The position numbers and the translations under genes were made by a program. This document shows, one piece after another, positions 41,921 to 51,660 of a DNA stretch of 64,000 bases; the stretch's first letter is position 1; every line of letters starts with the position of its first letter. Origin of the DNA: Barthelona sp. PCE (Eukaryota); the NCBI GenBank assembly GCA_040285745.1, contig JAUFOR010000008.1, forward strand, positions 1,674,001 to 1,738,000, given 5' to 3'. The notes beneath the pieces are model-generated. The model was not told where the DNA came from. It ran no database searches and saw only the letters and a list, made by a program, of their open reading frames with translations.

Positions 41921-44657
41921 ATGAACTATCGTCACTGTATGTACCATTTGACTATTCAAACTTATGTAGACACAGTAATACTGACTTTTAGGTTACAACT
42001 TTGCTACTTCCAACGATCTTCTTGAGCTGCCCGTAAAGCAGATCAAGGATGAGATTGGTGGCAAGGGTTTCGGTCTTTGTTTACTCACATCCAAGCTTGG
42101 TATCCCCACACCTTCCGGTTACGTCCTTTCTATGCGTCTCTGTGAGGAGTACAAGAAGAACGGCTTCAAGTACCCTGAGGGTCTCAAGGAGGAGATGCTT
42201 GTTGAGCTCGAGAAGCTCGAGAAGCAGACTGGTCAGAAGATTGCTCCCGCTAACGCTGATGAGCCCATCCTTCTTCTTTCTGCTCGTTCAGGTTCTTCTA
42301 TCTCCATGCCTGGTATGATGGATACCATCCTTAACCTTAACCTCACTGATGAGAGCGTTGAGATTCTTGCTGCTCAGTCCAACCGTCGTTTCGCATTGGA
42401 TTGTTACAGAAGACTCATCCACATGTTTGGTTCCACCGTCTACGGTCTTGAGCACCTCGAGTTCATCCACGTTCTCGATGCCCTTAAGAAGTCTAACGGC
42501 ATCGTCAACGATGTTGATCTCACTGAAGCTCACCTTGAGGAGCTCATTGCTACCTACAAGCAGATCATCCTTGAGAAGGTCGGCAAGCCCTTCCCCCAGG
42601 ATCCTTATCAGCAGATCTTCGAGGCTACCGAGGCTGTTTGGAGATCCTTCTACGGTGAGTCTGCCATTACCTACCGTGTCATGAACAAGATTCCTCACAA
42701 TATTGGTACCGCCGTCAACATCCAGAAGATGGCTTTCGGTAACATCAACAACGATTCCGGAACTGGTGTCGCTTTCACTCGTGATCCCGCTGATGGTACC
42801 AAGATTTACTACGGTGAATACCTCATCAACGCCCAGGGTGAAGATGTCGTCTCCGGTGCCCGTACCCCCAACAAGATCGCCGCTCTCAAGGAGCAGATGC
42901 CTGAGGTCTACCAGCAATTGACTGATACCTTCGACAAGCTCGAGGCTCACTTCAAGGATGTCTGTGATATCGAGTTCACCATCGAGAACAAGAAGCTCTA
43001 CCTTCTTCAGACCCGTATTGGTAAGCGTACCGCCGCTGCTGCCATCAAGATTGCTTGCGATTTCGTCCGTGAGGGTGTCATTACCCCCGAGGATGCTGTC
43101 CTTCGTATCTCCCCCGATCAGATCGAGCAACTCCTCCTTCCTCAGCTCTGCCCTGAAGCTAAGAAGAATGCTGAGATCGTTACCTCTGGCCTCAACGCCT
43201 CCCCTGGTGCTGGTGTCGGTCAAGCCGTCTTCACCTCTCAGCGTGCTGTCGAGCTTAAGGAGCAAGGTGTCAAGACCATCCTTATCCGTCTCGAAACCTC
43301 CCCTGAGGATATCAAGGGTATGGGTGCTTCCGAGGCTATCGTCACCGCTCGTGGTGGTCGTACCTCCCACGCTGCCGTTGTTGCCCGTGGTATGGGTAAG
43401 CCTTGTGTTTCTGGTTGTGAAGGCCTCATCATTAATGAAGAGGAGAAGTACTTCGAGAACCCCGAAGGTGTTCGTGTCAACGAAGGTGATGTCATCTCCG
43501 TCGATGGTACCGATGGTAACGTCTTCACTACCGCTGTCAAGACCGTTCCTCCCAAGATGGACGGTGACTTCGCCCAGATGATGGAGTGGATCAAGGAGAA
43601 CGCCACTGAGGTTGAGCTCCGTATGAACGCCGAGACTGAGCGTGATATCAGAAAGGGTATCGAGCTCTACAACCCCATTGGTATTGGTCTCCTCCGTACC
43701 GAGCATCAGTTCCTTACTCAACTCGATGTTATCCGTGCTTTCATTCTCGCCGAAACCGAGGAAGAGCGCAAGCTTGCTTGTGATGATCTTCTCGATGTTC
43801 AGATTGCTGATTTCACTGAGATCTTCCGTATCATGGGTGAGGATGGTGTCAAGCGTGCCTGTAACGTTCGTCTCATCGATCCTCCTCTTCATGAGTTCCT
43901 TCCCCACACTGAGGAAGAGAAGAAGCACACTGCTGAGGTCCTTGGTAAGACCTACGAGCAAGTCGAGGCCACATGTGTCCGTATGGAGGAAGTTAACCCT
44001 ATGATGGGTTTCCGTGGTTGTCGTATTTCATGCGTCTTCCCTGAGATGGCTGAGCTTCAGGCCCGTGCCATTATCACCGCCGCTATCACTGTTGCTAAGG
44101 AGGGTCTCCCTGTCAAGCCAGAGATCATGATCCCCTTCGTTATGTTCGTTTCCGAGTTCGAGCGTCTTTCTAAGATTATTCGTTCTGTTGCTGATGAGCT
44201 TATTGCTGAGTCCGGTATCGAGCTTAAGTATCAGGTTGGTGCTATGTTCGAGGTTGTCCGTTGCGCCCTTATCACTGAAAAGTTGGTCAAGGCCGGTTGC
44301 GAATATTTCTCACTTGGTACTAACGATTTGACTCAATCTACCATGCTTCTTTCTCGTGATGATTATTCCAAGTTCTTCGGTCTCTACCAGGAGAAGGAGT
44401 TCATTGAGTTCGATCCCTTCCAAGATTTGGATATTGAGGGTGTTGGTGAAATCATCAAGATTGGTGCTCGCGGTGCTCGTAAGGTTGATCCTAACATCAA
44501 GATTGGTGGCTGTGGTGAACAATTCGGTCGTCTCGGTGCTTGTAGATTCGCCGCAAAGATCGGTATGAGATACTCATCCGTTTCTCCCATGCGTATTCCT
44601 GCTACCCTTACTGCTATCGCTCACGCCTCAATTGAGAAGAAGCGCGGCCAGCTCTAA
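41921..44657 (+). CDS. PPDK: Pyruvate, phosphate dikinase; exons 41921-41936 and 41992-44657
   Basis: IGGKG, ARSG..SMPGMMDT, QGEDVVSG.RTP, GGRTSHAAV (phospho-His), GIGLLRTEH, EVNPMMGFRGCR, GTNDLTQ, CGE. Confidence 0.97.
41937..41991 (+). other. Spliceosomal intron, 55 nt
   Basis: GTATGT...TACTGACTTTTAG; removal gives MNYRHCYNFA.. in frame with the GGKG motif. Confidence 0.92.
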
Positions 44658-44909
44658 ACAATAAATGACATGTTTTGACGTGCCACCGAACAATTTACAA
44701 CGTTACGTTTAGCTCCAAAAAACTCATTCATGTGGGCTCGTGCAACAGGCGTTCGTCCAGGATGGCAGTGAAGTAAAAGCTTCTAAACTTGTTCACTCGC
44801 AGCTTTGATCAAAAACAATACAAACTACATTTGCAACAATAGTGTCGAGTGGTGGTGTTCAATAATGCAAATATTTCTTCATTACTAAAGCTTGGAACGT
44901 GGTGGTTTA

Positions 44910-46154
44910 CTAAAACTGTGCAGCAAAAGCTTTTTGATCATTGGTTAGTGTAAGAACATTAATGTTAAGGGCACGTGTCATAATCTTCAAAACATAGACA
45001 ACGAAATGTACAAGCATGAATAAATTGAACACTACAAGGCCAACTAGGAAAGCAAAAGTATGTTTAGCAACTGAAAAACCGAAAGCTTGAAGAGCAATAA
45101 AAATAAAATATGCAATAAAGTTAAAATAGTGCAAAAGAGAAGCACGAGGGATATACTGGCCAGAAACGCGACAGACAATCATATCGCAAATAGCGAGCGA
45201 AACAGGGATTGCCATAGCTAAGCAAAATAGAGCAGTATTCTCGTAAATATTACCGTTTTCAAAGATGTTATGTTGAATAATGACAAAAATAGAGCCAAAA
45301 AGAGGAAACGAAACTGTTTGAAAGATGGAAGGAAATGCACTCCAGAAGGTTGTGTAGGTATTAAAAGAAATTGCAGTTTTGTAGTATTTGTATACATTAA
45401 CTATGCTAACAACACTAGTTAACAAGGATCCAACAGCGAGGAAGTATATGAGTATATCTACCAGCTTGTATCCAAAGACCGTATTATAAAAGAAATCAAC
45501 TCCAGCTATACCGCTGTATATTTCAATGATTGAAACTAACAGCAATCCTTCTGTTGGACCGTTGATAAAACCAAGATAGAGGGAATGCGTGTGGTACTCC
45601 TCCCAGTTACATACAGCAAATGAAACAACAGTTGTGAACATAATAACAATTATTTGAACGGGTGGTGCTCCTAAAGCTAGTGCAACTCCGACCATTACAA
45701 AGTTGCATGATAGGGCATCCATTGAGTGGTCCATGCACTGGCCTGCAGGGCTGCCAAGACTGGTCACCTTCATTGCTCGTTTATCGTCTTCTGTGAGAAG
45801 GTTCCAATCCTTTGGCTTACGACGTGCCTGACGCCCATCCAAATTATCAAGAAGTTGATACATAAAAACACAGATGCCTCCGACAATGGACATCCATGAG
45901 GGGGCAGGGAGAGATCTGTATGATGGATCTTGTACTGCAACTAAGCATGGGTAAACAATAGCGCACAGAAATCCAATAAACGTAAGCATATTGGGTGCCA
46001 CGCTGCGGGGGACGAGTTTAATGGCCCAGTTCCAGAACGGCTGCATGATGTACTTTGATATTGGACTCTTATCAATGCAGGAGTATTTGTACTCTGATTT
46101 GAGGAAGTCTATACCGTCCTCGGAGAGATACTCTGATGTGAAGCCCCTCAGCAT
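44910..46154 (-). CDS. Choline/ethanolamine phosphotransferase (CEPT1/EPT1 family)
   Basis: YKY..D.S, APN.LT, LDNLDGRQARR, SPAGQCMDHSMD, WEEYHT, GPTEG; start at MLRGF. Confidence 0.93.
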   Translation of the reverse strand: MLRGFTSEYLSEDGIDFLKSEYKYSCIDKSPISKYIMQPFWNWAIKLVPRSVAPNMLTFIGFLCAIVYPCLVAVQDPSYRSLPAPSWMSIVGGICVFMYQLLDNLDGRQARRKPKDWNLLTEDDKRAMKVTSLGSPAGQCMDHSMDALSCNFVMVGVALALGAPPVQIIVIMFTTVVSFAVCNWEEYHTHSLYLGFINGPTEGLLLVSIIEIYSGIAGVDFFYNTVFGYKLVDILIYFLAVGSLLTSVVSIVNVYKYYKTAISFNTYTTFWSAFPSIFQTVSFPLFGSIFVIIQHNIFENGNIYENTALFCLAMAIPVSLAICDMIVCRVSGQYIPRASLLHYFNFIAYFIFIALQAFGFSVAKHTFAFLVGLVVFNLFMLVHFVVYVLKIMTRALNINVLTLTNDQKAFAAQF

Positions 46155-46470
46155 AATTAACAAAGAAATAAAAGGGGAAAGAAAAGAACAAAAACTGAAA
46201 AGCAGGTTCACGTGGCATTTTTTCCATTGTAGTTTCTTCTCAGGTCTAATTCCTTTCATTTACTTCATTTTGCGATGTATATTTTCGCTACGCGTTGATG
46301 ACTCACACCAATTAGTGTTTTAATTGATACGTTTTGAGATTAATCACTTCCGAACACGGTCTTTATCTGCACAACTGTGCCATAACCGCCTTTTCTAAAC
46401 ATAATATTAGCATAAAGTACTGTTTTACACCTTATTATCCTTTTACCAACATTTTTTTTTCTTATTTTAC

Positions 46471-48423
46471 ATGCCCAGACGATTGCATCGTGAAGTTATA
46501 GCGTCAGGGTTACTGGCAGGGCAGTTTGTTGATTTCTATCATGACTTTTTTTATTGTGCTAAAGCAGAACCGCAGAGTGCTGTATTTGGCCCAGGGATAC
46601 GGGACACTCCTAAATTCTACATCATTCCTGAAGCGTGTGTTAAGTGGGATATATCCAAAGCTGCATTGGTTGCTCCAGTGCATAGTGCCGAATTAAATGA
46701 TAGCGCATATCTGTGTTTAACCCATATTACCAAGAATAACAAAGAGAAAAGCTTTACATTTGTCCATAAAGAGTCAGGAGAAGTTAGGAAACCAGCTTAT
46801 GATATTTTGAAGGATAACGTTGAATACGGATTCGTATCAATTAATAGCGCCATCGTCCAGAGGTACTCAAGATCAGAGGAGGAGGCTGCAGCAGAGATGA
46901 TAGTTTGGGATGATCATGGAATCGAAAGATCACGTGAAGAGCTTCCGTTTGTTCATAAAAAGGGACAAATTCATATTCGTGGAGATTCTGTTGTTTTTAG
47001 AGATAAACTTACATCCGTCATGTGGATGGACATGAGTACAAAGTCTTTTTCAGAATCATATTTCGGAAGTTTCATTGATGTTATAAATTTGGCAAATGCT
47101 TTTGTGATTGCAACATCCAAAACGCTACTTTTCGTCGTGGAAAACAAAGTGTTTGACTTTGGAGAACTGTTAAATATTGGTAGACCGGATGTACAGGGAA
47201 TATACATAGAGACTCTCGAGTTGAATCAGTATAGTGCCACCGGAATCATCTGGCTGATGACTAAGTTCGGTAATATGCGTGCTGAATATGAAGAGGGATC
47301 AATAGTGTCAATTCATAGAGGTGCAGGTCCTGAGGATATATATGCAAAGCGAAGATATGTGTTGGATCCAGATATTCCGTTCAGTTGCCCGTTTGAATGT
47401 TTTTCAATAGACGAACGGGGCCGTCACAGCTTGAGGGCTGTTCGTGGTGAGGATGTATCCCTTTTTGTACCCACAAAGAATATGTTTAGTGCTGGTCATC
47501 ATGTTTTTTTTGATCTTAAAGGTGAATACGGTTATCCAAGGCGGAGTTTGTTACTTTCCCTGAACATGCGAGACTGCATCGTGCGTGCCCAGTCGATATT
47601 TGAAGCAAGAGTGGAAAATGTGACTGACAGTGATGTTATTGTTAGTCAGCATAACTCTACATATATTCATTGCATCCAGTCAGACGGGACTCTAACGAAG
47701 CGGGTAAGGATCAAGGGTTGTTATTCGGGCCGGTCTCATAAAGGTGAGTTAATTTGTGTTGACAGGGAAGAATGGGATTTTTCTTCGCCATTAAAAATGT
47801 ACGTAGATGGAGAGGAATTTTCTTTTCCAACCGAAATGATGTTTTTAATCAGCAATCCCAAGGTCCTGTATTCATCGGATTCACAGAAGATATTCGGGAA
47901 TTCAGTGATAGATTATATTATTCAGGAAAATTGTTTTAAAAAAGCGAAATTGGTCGCAAACGAGCGATTCTGGCCCATTATGTCAAAGACAGAAGACGAA
48001 AACGGCGATGTTGTATTCTTTTGTTGCGACAATTTAGCAAAAAAGTGGTTTGTGGCTGATACTGGAGGATGGCATATCCCTGCCCGTGAAGACTGGGGCA
48101 GACCAATTATGTGGCTCGATGAAAAGCATGTTTTATTCAGAGGAGGTGTTGTTGAATTCGATGGACATTTGATATATAGAGTAGTTGTTTTGTTTGAACA
48201 ATGGTTTCCACAGTACATTTTAAAGGAAAACGTGAGTGCGCAGGAAAATGGTGTGTGGATGGTGTATGGCTTTGAAGTAGATCGATTTTTATGTTGGACG
48301 ATTAATGTTGAACATGCTTCTTATGTTTATAGTGAGACGCTTCTCATTGATTTTTTGTCTCATGCGCGCTTTGGGACACTCGATGGAAATGATTGGAACA
48401 AGCGTGATCTCAGTTTGAGATAA
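46471..48423 (+). CDS. Hypothetical beta-rich protein (possible divergent beta-propeller)
   Basis: 650-aa ORF with short aromatic beta-strand-like segments; no family recognised. Confidence 0.65.
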   Translation: MPRRLHREVIASGLLAGQFVDFYHDFFYCAKAEPQSAVFGPGIRDTPKFYIIPEACVKWDISKAALVAPVHSAELNDSAYLCLTHITKNNKEKSFTFVHKESGEVRKPAYDILKDNVEYGFVSINSAIVQRYSRSEEEAAAEMIVWDDHGIERSREELPFVHKKGQIHIRGDSVVFRDKLTSVMWMDMSTKSFSESYFGSFIDVINLANAFVIATSKTLLFVVENKVFDFGELLNIGRPDVQGIYIETLELNQYSATGIIWLMTKFGNMRAEYEEGSIVSIHRGAGPEDIYAKRRYVLDPDIPFSCPFECFSIDERGRHSLRAVRGEDVSLFVPTKNMFSAGHHVFFDLKGEYGYPRRSLLLSLNMRDCIVRAQSIFEARVENVTDSDVIVSQHNSTYIHCIQSDGTLTKRVRIKGCYSGRSHKGELICVDREEWDFSSPLKMYVDGEEFSFPTEMMFLISNPKVLYSSDSQKIFGNSVIDYIIQENCFKKAKLVANERFWPIMSKTEDENGDVVFFCCDNLAKKWFVADTGGWHIPAREDWGRPIMWLDEKHVLFRGGVVEFDGHLIYRVVVLFEQWFPQYILKENVSAQENGVWMVYGFEVDRFLCWTINVEHASYVYSETLLIDFLSHARFGTLDGNDWNKRDLSLR

Positions 48424-48587
48424 CCCTGATTTTTTGTTTTGTGGTTGTTTCTTCACACAATTTGTAAATATTGAGAGAATTCCCGTGTAGAAGCCACGAA
48501 ACCTGAATAATACTCCGATACACCCAATATGATCTTGTTTTTTTTTTTTTCACATCGTATTTCTTTAATTCAAATTGTTCTTGTACA

Positions 48588-50780
48588 ATGCAGTTTGATT
48601 TTGCCAAAGCAATTCCTGAAACAGCAACGGAAGATAGTTACACAGACTCAGATAGTTATCTTTTTTGCGATCCTACGCCTTTTTCATTTTCCATACAGGA
48701 AGACGACATAAACAGATTCAGAAGGCATTCAATATCGGAGAACGGACCGGATTTGTTTCTTCCTGAGGGTCCAATTGGACCCAGAATTAACGGGCTTGGT
48801 TTCTGCGATTCACCCAATCTTCAAGATGGATATCAATCCGACAACGAGGTCGAATCCGAGGTCGAAGAGGATTTAATTGATGATAAAGATGAAAGTTCTC
48901 CTCAACAATTTGAAGAAGCTGGGAAGCAAAGTTCCTTTATTTATGGATCAAGGATTGATGTTGAAGAAGACAAGCATCATGAGTTTAAAGCAGTTCAAAA
49001 CACACGAAAGTTACGAGCCACAGTTTCTAAACTCGCCAATCATTATGTTTGTGCGTTTTTGAATGGTGATGGAGGAAAAATCTATTTCGGTGTTGAGGAT
49101 GATGGTAATATTTTAGGAGTTCCACTCTCAATCAAGCAGCGTGATGACGTGCGTCTTGCTATTGATGGCGAGATTAACAGATTCTTACCTCAGGTTGATC
49201 CATTTTTGTACACCACCGAATTTGTTCCAGTTATTCGTCACAACCCCAAATTACAGACATTTGTGGTTGTGATCACCGTGCGGAAGGGCACAGCGCCCAT
49301 CTATATGACGAACTCGTTCGGTGGGGGTTCGGCATACATAAAAAGAGATGGAGGCATCAAGAAAGCAACGCAAGATTTTATCTCCAGTCGCATTCGGTTT
49401 GGAAGGTCGCTGCCTTACAGCCACCTGTTGCTGGATGGGAAAACCTTTGATTGCTTTGGGCGAGAGCGAGAAACACATGAGGTTCTGGAGTTTCTTGAGC
49501 AAAGCAGGACACGGGTTAAACTGGTTACTATTACTGGCCTTCCCTTTATTGGTAAGACGTTCTTCGCCCATCACGTATGCGGAACGCTCAAGAAGGAATT
49601 TGGAACAAAGAAACTTGCCATCAATATGAAAGGAGCAGCGGCTGAGTACAGATCATCGCATGATGCTAAGAAGTCGATTTTACGCGGGCTCCAGATCCGT
49701 AATGAGGCCAAGTTTGACCCATCTTTCATGGACGATGATGGGAACATCGACTTTTTGTATAACTCAATTTTCGATGATGGAACAACTGTTCTTGTCATTG
49801 AAAACTGCTCGAGAGAGCATCTGATCCAAGATATGTTACCCAATGACATTAAGGGAAGGGCAGTAATCATTGTAACAAGCAGACGTCGAGTTGATCCTCG
49901 TTTCCCACGAGTAGATGTGCACAATCTCGTGTTAGAGCCCCTTCCACCGGCTGCAAGCACGCGTCTGTTCAGATCAATAGCGCCACGTGTTAATTCAAGT
50001 CAGGCGGTCAAGTTTACTCGGTTGTTGGGCGGTCTTCCGGCAGCTATAGTATCACTAGCAAGTCTGATAAACCGCAAGCAGGGTATTCCCATCGATTTCT
50101 TCCTGGAGCAGCTACAGGAGTCGACAAAGAGCAAGATCGATCTCGCTCTACCCTCCGAAATTCGGTCATCGTTAGAGATTCTACCCGACACCATAATCCA
50201 GGCTCTCAGGCTCGTAAGTGTCTTCCCCGCGTCGTTTACTGCATCCTTCTTTTTCGACATGTATCACATGCTTCCGGAAGAGTGGAAGATCAGAGACGAA
50301 GAGGGCCAAATGGTAAAACCATACTTTTTGTTGGGTGATTTGGTTGAGACCAATCTTCTTCAGCACCACGCGCCCACATCACGCTATATCCCTCACGAAC
50401 TACTGAGGGATTATGGTTTGAGCACGATCAATCCAAGAACGCTCAGTGTAATGAAAGTTGCGTTTGTCAAAGTTTTCAGTGATTATATCAGTGGGTATCT
50501 TAAAAAGAAGAAAATCAGCGGCATCATCCACGCTGATTCCACCAATTTAGAGTATGTATTTAAGCTTGCCAAGGAGATTAACCATTTCGATTTGGAAGGC
50601 TTAGTTGATCTCTCTCAGATGCAAAACATTCGAAATTCAGTTGAGAAACTCGCTAACGGACTCGTAATGCTGGGCAAGCACATTGTTCCTGAAGAAATAT
50701 TATCAATAATCACTGATTTTTCTAAAGTTGAAGAGGAGGAAGACGGTGAGAGTTCAGATTTTTTTGAGGTGGATCTGTAA
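48588..50780 (+). CDS. Schlafen/AlbA_2 nuclease fused to NB-ARC (STAND) NTPase
   Basis: EEDKHHEFK and AFLNGDGGKIYFGVEDDG (Schlafen); FGRERE, GLPFIGKT, VLVIEN, IVTSR, LEPL, GGLPAAI, PHELLR (NB-ARC). Confidence 0.88.
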   Translation: MQFDFAKAIPETATEDSYTDSDSYLFCDPTPFSFSIQEDDINRFRRHSISENGPDLFLPEGPIGPRINGLGFCDSPNLQDGYQSDNEVESEVEEDLIDDKDESSPQQFEEAGKQSSFIYGSRIDVEEDKHHEFKAVQNTRKLRATVSKLANHYVCAFLNGDGGKIYFGVEDDGNILGVPLSIKQRDDVRLAIDGEINRFLPQVDPFLYTTEFVPVIRHNPKLQTFVVVITVRKGTAPIYMTNSFGGGSAYIKRDGGIKKATQDFISSRIRFGRSLPYSHLLLDGKTFDCFGRERETHEVLEFLEQSRTRVKLVTITGLPFIGKTFFAHHVCGTLKKEFGTKKLAINMKGAAAEYRSSHDAKKSILRGLQIRNEAKFDPSFMDDDGNIDFLYNSIFDDGTTVLVIENCSREHLIQDMLPNDIKGRAVIIVTSRRRVDPRFPRVDVHNLVLEPLPPAASTRLFRSIAPRVNSSQAVKFTRLLGGLPAAIVSLASLINRKQGIPIDFFLEQLQESTKSKIDLALPSEIRSSLEILPDTIIQALRLVSVFPASFTASFFFDMYHMLPEEWKIRDEEGQMVKPYFLLGDLVETNLLQHHAPTSRYIPHELLRDYGLSTINPRTLSVMKVAFVKVFSDYISGYLKKKKISGIIHADSTNLEYVFKLAKEINHFDLEGLVDLSQMQNIRNSVEKLANGLVMLGKHIVPEEILSIITDFSKVEEEEDGESSDFFEVDL

Positions 50781-50792
50781 ATAACTACACGT

Positions 50793-51248
50793 TTATTCTG
50801 TGATAGAATCATAGAAACTTTTGATGCAACGAGTGATTTGTTCATAAACAAGATCAAAACCACGTTTCCCACCATAATATGGATCAGGTACTTCAGATCC
50901 TGGTTCTTCAGGATCGTAATCACCAAGAAGTACTAGTTGCGCCTGACTACGCGTCCTCCCCCGGATCCTCTTTGCGTTATTGATGTTGGAACGATCCATA
51001 CAGACAATAAAATCGAATGTCTCAAAATCACTCTTTTGAAGCTGTTTGGCAGAATGTGAATTGTCCAATCCATGCTTTGCGAGCACATCCGCGCTTCTGT
51101 GATCCATATTTTCTCCAGAATGGTAAGCAGCGGTTCCGCAGGAATCAATAACCCAATCTAGGTTTCTTTCATCACAAATGTATTGACCCACAGACCTGGC
51201 AATGGGGGATCGGCAAATGTTGCCCAAACAAACGTACATAATTCGCAT
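50793..51248 (-). CDS. Low-molecular-weight protein-tyrosine phosphatase
   Basis: VCLGNICRSP P-loop, DSCGT, VPDPYYG. Confidence 0.96.
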   Translation of the reverse strand: MRIMYVCLGNICRSPIARSVGQYICDERNLDWVIDSCGTAAYHSGENMDHRSADVLAKHGLDNSHSAKQLQKSDFETFDFIVCMDRSNINNAKRIRGRTRSQAQLVLLGDYDPEEPGSEVPDPYYGGKRGFDLVYEQITRCIKSFYDSITE

Positions 51249-51660
51249 CGTTTTGTATGTGTAAATGAATATTAACTCAAAAGCAGGTTTTATGCACTTT
51301 ATTCAGCATTAATGGGAGCTAAGCGATTATTAATACTGAATTGTGAACTTATTTCCCACAATTTCTGTAGAAATGTGAGTAGAAATTGTTGTGGAGTGCA
51401 GAAGATGTTTTGTACAGTTAAGTTGCTCTATTGGAGATTTACATGTTTTTTCAACCCCCTGCATGGAATTCACACGAATCCCCTGCATTTCCCATTTCAA
51501 AAATAGATCACAGCTTCTGTTCATCAAAGCGTTTTGTTTAGCTAGTCTACGTGATAATTACAGCAATACAGAACTTTGTAGATGTGTACAAAACATAGAA
51601 GTTGATCGATGAGTACTTTCACAAATTTTCTTCATTCCATTTCAAATATTCTTCTATTGA

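Noticed and set aside
42288-43961. 557-aa antisense ORF within PPDK
   Set aside because: Shadow of strong codon bias on the sense strand; no motifs
44660-44912. SECIS/selenoprotein I hypothesis for the CEPT gene
   Set aside because: The stop is TAG, there is no in-frame TGA, and I see no convincing SECIS core
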